A stretch of 40,753 nucleotides of DNA from Myxococcales bacterium (GTDB taxonomy: Bacteria; Myxococcota_A; Polyangia; Polyangiales; Polyangiaceae). The stretch spans positions 1-40,753 of the forward strand of contig JAYUYU010000816.1 of NCBI GenBank assembly GCA_043752365.1, in the 5' to 3' direction. The notes under the pieces are model-generated. The model did no database searches. It was not told where the DNA came from and saw nothing but the letters and a program-made list of their open reading frames with translations. How positions within the stretch are numbered: the first letter of the stretch is position 1; every line of letters begins with the position of its first letter. Both the position numbers and the translations under genes were made by a program. Shown in pieces: positions 37,724 through 40,753 of the stretch.

Positions 37724-39193
37724 TTGGCTGGTCGCATAACCACTGCCGCAAAGGTCGGCGCTTTCGCTGTCGTGATGGTCGGCGCTGGCCTGTTCATCTT
37801 CCGCTATGTCACCAAGTCCGGTGAGAACGACGGTGGCTACGTCGTGTTCACGCGCATGAAGGACGCCAGCGGCATCGCCAAGATGTCGCAGGTGCGCATC
37901 GCGGGCATTCCGGTGGGGCGCGTGAAGAGCATCAAGCTCGATCACGACATTGCCCGCATCGACATCACGATGAACAAGGACGTGCCGCTGTTCGAGGATG
38001 CGTCGGCGGCCAAGGTCGCCTCCAGCCTGCTCGGCGAGTTTCAGATGAAGATTGCGCCGGGCACCGAGGGGCGTCGCAAGCTGAGGGATGGCGAGGAAAT
38101 CCGGGTCGTGACCGAGGCCCAAACACCCGATGACCTGATGCGTCAGATGGCGGACATCGCCAGGGACGTGAAGGAGGTCACGAAAGCGCTGGCGAGTTCC
38201 GTGGGCACCGATCAGGGCAAAGCAGACATTCAGACGACGCTGCACAACCTGGCGCAGGTGACCGAAGCGCTCAACCAAACGGTGCGCGAAAATCGCACGG
38301 CCATTCACGAAATCGTCGTCAACACGCAGCAGATTTCGACCAGGAGCGCGCCCGAAATTCAGGCGATCTTGGAGAACGTGCGCGAGACCACGCGTGAGGT
38401 ACGAGAGCTCGTATCCAGGGATCCGACCGGCAAGGGTGGCGACGCCGGTGAGGTGCGCAAGATCGTCGAGCGGGTCGACAGCGCCAGCAAGAACCTCGAA
38501 AACGCGCTCAAAAACGTCGACGACGTCACCGCGCGGCTGAATCGTGGCGAGGGCACGCTGGGCCGCCTGACCAAAGACGAAAAGCTGATCAACGAGGTCG
38601 AGGGCGCCGTCGAGAACGTGGGCGAGTTCTTGGGCGGCATCTCCCGTCTGCAAACCATCGTCAGCCTGCGCACCGACTACCAGTTTCTGGCCAGCACCGT
38701 GAAGAGCTACGTCGAGATTCGGCTGCAGCCACGCGAGGACAAATACTACCTGATTGAGGTCGTCAACGACCCCAAGGGTCTGGCGCGCTTCGAGCAGATT
38801 GACGTCGACACCACGAACCCCAACGACCCGCCGCACTACCGCGAAGTGCGCACGTTGACGACCAACTCGCTGCGTTTCTCGCTGCAATTCGCGCAGAGCT
38901 TTGGCCCTTTCACGGGGCGCTTCGGCATCAAAGAGTCGACCGGTGGCCTGGGGCTCGACACGTCGCTGTTCGACGGCCGCTTCGAGCTCCGCCAAGATCT
39001 CTACGGCTTCGGCGAAGTCGTGCTGCCCCGCTGGCGTATCTCGCTCGGTTACGAATTCATCAATCGTTTGTGGCTACTGGGCGGGGTGGACGACATCTTG
39101 AGCAATTCGCGGCGCGACTACTTCGTCGGCGGCATGCTCCGTTTCAACGACGAAGACCTGAAGACGATCTTGCCCTTCGCCAAGGCGCCCTAA
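37724..39193 (+). CDS. MlaD/MCE family protein with long helical region and C-terminal beta domain
   Basis: TM anchor (AAKVGAFAVV), DASGI...VRIAGIPVGRV, SLLGE...I.PG, GEGTLGRL. Start uncertain (TTG 37724 or ATG 37667). Confidence 0.88.
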   Translation: MAGRITTAAKVGAFAVVMVGAGLFIFRYVTKSGENDGGYVVFTRMKDASGIAKMSQVRIAGIPVGRVKSIKLDHDIARIDITMNKDVPLFEDASAAKVASSLLGEFQMKIAPGTEGRRKLRDGEEIRVVTEAQTPDDLMRQMADIARDVKEVTKALASSVGTDQGKADIQTTLHNLAQVTEALNQTVRENRTAIHEIVVNTQQISTRSAPEIQAILENVRETTREVRELVSRDPTGKGGDAGEVRKIVERVDSASKNLENALKNVDDVTARLNRGEGTLGRLTKDEKLINEVEGAVENVGEFLGGISRLQTIVSLRTDYQFLASTVKSYVEIRLQPREDKYYLIEVVNDPKGLARFEQIDVDTTNPNDPPHYREVRTLTTNSLRFSLQFAQSFGPFTGRFGIKESTGGLGLDTSLFDGRFELRQDLYGFGEVVLPRWRISLGYEFINRLWLLGGVDDILSNSRRDYFVGGMLRFNDEDLKTILPFAKAP

Positions 39194-39199
39194 GACTCG

Positions 39200-39246
39200 A
39201 GATTTTTTCACAGGGAGATCGGGAGATCGGGAGTCGTGCGAGCGTG
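39200..39246 (+). repeat. Third copy of the arm of the 34261-34462 element
   Basis: AGATTTTTTCACAGGGAGATCGGGAGATCGGGAGTCGTGCGAGCGTG matches 34264-34309 with one indel. Confidence 0.9.
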
Positions 39247-39289
39247 AATTTGGGGCGCCGCTCAGTTACGTCACTCGCGTTGCGCCGAG

Positions 39290-39392
39290 CGGAGCCGTTA
39301 CGCGCACGGAGCCGTTACGCCGAGCAGAGTCGTCACTCGCGTAGAGTCGTCACTCGCGTAGAGCCGTCACTCGCGTAGAGCCGTCGCTCGCG
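39290..39392. repeat. 17-nt-period tandem repeats: CGGAGCCGTTACGC x2, then AGAGYCGTCACTCGCGT x4
   Basis: Units start at 39290 and 39307, then at 39326, 39343, 39360 and 39377. Confidence 0.9.
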
Positions 39393-39447
39393 GCAAATGC
39401 TGCCCAGCCGTTGCATTCGGGCAACGCCCCGAATGTGGCAGGACCTA

Positions 39448-39583
39448 GGGGTCTTGGAAGGCCAGATCACGATCCGCGAACGAGAGGCGGGTCGGAAATC
39501 CGGCGAGCCCGGGCGCAAAACCCGTGGTTAAACCCGCGCGAGTCGCGACGAGCTTTGGGCCGCCGAGGTGAAACTAAGACCCC
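39448..39583 (+). ncRNA. Candidate structured RNA with c-di-GMP-I (GEMM-I)-like motif order
   Basis: Closed by GGGGTCTTGG/CTAAGACCCC; internal GGAAA-stem-GCGCAAAA-CCCGTGG-TTAAAC-stem-ACGAGC-GGG-CCGCCGA. Judged by eye only. Confidence 0.25.
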
Positions 39584-39593
39584 AACAAAAAAC

Positions 39594-40753
39594 TCACCCC
39601 CCAGGCATCCCATGCCCAGGCCCCACGATCTTCGGCCACGCTGCCTCCGCGCTCCAGCCCGGATGAACGTGAGGCGGGTGATGGCATTCCGACGCGCAGA
39701 AGCTTGGGCTGGGCATTTTGACGAGGGTCTTGTCTTTGGGTGCGGCGACGTGTTTGGAGCCGGGACCGTGGCAGACCTCGCACTGCACGGAGGTCAGGTT
39801 TTCGACGTGCGTGACGGTGCTGCCGCCAGGCCTGCCGTAGCCGGTGACGTGGCAACCCACGCATTCCAGGTTGAATTCCTTGTGCTGACTCGAAAGCGTC
39901 GCGTAGGCGGCTGAGTGCGACGTCTGGTTCCAAAACTTGCGCTGCGACTCGTGACACTTCGTGCAGGCTTCCAGGCCCACGTAGCTGGCTTCGCCGGCGG
40001 CGGGCGCGGTGGGGGCCAGGTCTTTGAATGCCTCTTTGTTGTGCTCATTCACGCGCTGGTAGTACGCGGCAATGTGGCCTGAAACGGCAGCTTCGGAGCC
40101 GAGCTTGTCGGTAACTTCGACGGATTGAAATCTGAAAAAACTACCCTGCGCAGGCGGTTTGGCGTCCGGCAATTTCGCGAGCTCGGCCTGGAGGTTGGCC
40201 TGGTCTTGCTCGAGGGCAGCCAAGTCGGTCTTGTTGCCACCCTGTTCCAGCCGCGTTTTGATTTCGCGCAGGCGCCTGCCAATCTCGAGCTTGCGTTCGG
40301 TCGCTTCGAGCCCACTACCGTCCGCGAAATCGAACGACTGCCCCCGCACGTACAGGTCGACGACGCCAAGCGACTGCAGATGGTTGGGCGTCTCCACCAC
40401 CAGCGTCTTGCCTACGAGCGTCGGCGATTGCGGCGGATCATTGGCTTCCCCCTCGTCGAAGGGTTTGCCCAGCACGGCGACTTCGAAGCCTGGCAATGAC
40501 TCGATCAGGCGCAAAGCTTGGCCGCGCGGCATAGCGGCCAGCAGGATATCTAGCTCAGCGCCTTTGGCTTTCAGCTCCGCCAGAGCAGTCTTGGCAGCTG
40601 CTGCTGCGTCGCTGAATTCGACGCCAGTCGGGGCCTTGCCAGCGATGAGCGGTAGGCTCACCCCGACCAGGCCCACCTTCATGCCCGAGACCTCGAGCAG
40701 CTTCGTGCCGGCGACCTTGACGCCCTTCAAGTTCGCGCCGAGCAGCGTCGCTC
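39594..40753 (-). CDS. Multiheme c-type cytochrome (c554/c552-like) fused to a 5'-nucleotidase-like domain; 5'-truncated by the window
   Basis: CTKCH, CVGCH, CEVCH and CASECH. Frame open to the window edge (ATLLGANLKG), then KVGLVGV and a coiled-coil segment. Confidence 0.85.
   Translation of the reverse strand, partial: ATLLGANLKGVKVAGTKLLEVSGMKVGLVGVSLPLIAGKAPTGVEFSDAAAAAKTALAELKAKGAELDILLAAMPRGQALRLIESLPGFEVAVLGKPFDEGEANDPPQSPTLVGKTLVVETPNHLQSLGVVDLYVRGQSFDFADGSGLEATERKLEIGRRLREIKTRLEQGGNKTDLAALEQDQANLQAELAKLPDAKPPAQGSFFRFQSVEVTDKLGSEAAVSGHIAAYYQRVNEHNKEAFKDLAPTAPAAGEASYVGLEACTKCHESQRKFWNQTSHSAAYATLSSQHKEFNLECVGCHVTGYGRPGGSTVTHVENLTSVQCEVCHGPGSKHVAAPKDKTLVKMPSPSFCASECHHPPHVHPGWSAEAAWPKIVGPGHGMPGG

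Noticed and set aside
37709-38995. Long antisense or alternate-frame ORFs (also 29568-30344, 30470-31468, 24102-25127, 2143-3033)
   Set aside because: Shadow ORFs expected from high-GC codon bias; no recognisable motifs.
39326-39392. 17-nt repeats as a CRISPR array
   Set aside because: The units are contiguous with no unique spacers and are too short; there are no cas genes in the window.
39448-39583. Tn3-type element suggested by the GGGGTC termini
   Set aside because: The inverted match is only ~10 bp rather than ~38 bp, with no 5-bp target duplication or transposase.

Overview
High-GC window. The gene content (TSP3-OmpA, ECF sigma factor with TPR anti-sigma, DUF1552/DUF1592 families, c554-type multiheme protein) suggests a myxobacterium of the Polyangiales type; this is inference. 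The left ~28 kb is an accessory region dominated by six diverged two-gene modules. Each pairs a lipoprotein of the DUF1587/1595/1592/1588/1585 architecture (single CxxCH) with a twin-arginine-signal DUF1552 (HXXSHH) protein. Interleaved with them are a CBM-like gene end, an MBL-fold hydrolase, an AraC regulator with an orphan DegT-type aminotransferase, an ECF sigma/anti-sigma pair and two envelope proteins. The right ~12 kb is core genome: COG3014-like and LpoB-like lipoproteins, jag-yidC-yidD-rnpA-rpmH, a divergent rpmG where dnaA usually sits, OmpA, CAP and MlaD proteins, and a multiheme cytochrome. rpmH and rpmG are missing from the ORF track and were translated by hand. Two convergent intergenic regions share a palindromic repeat family, and one also holds a 17-nt tandem array and a candidate structured RNA. 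All family calls come from motif recognition, not database searches.
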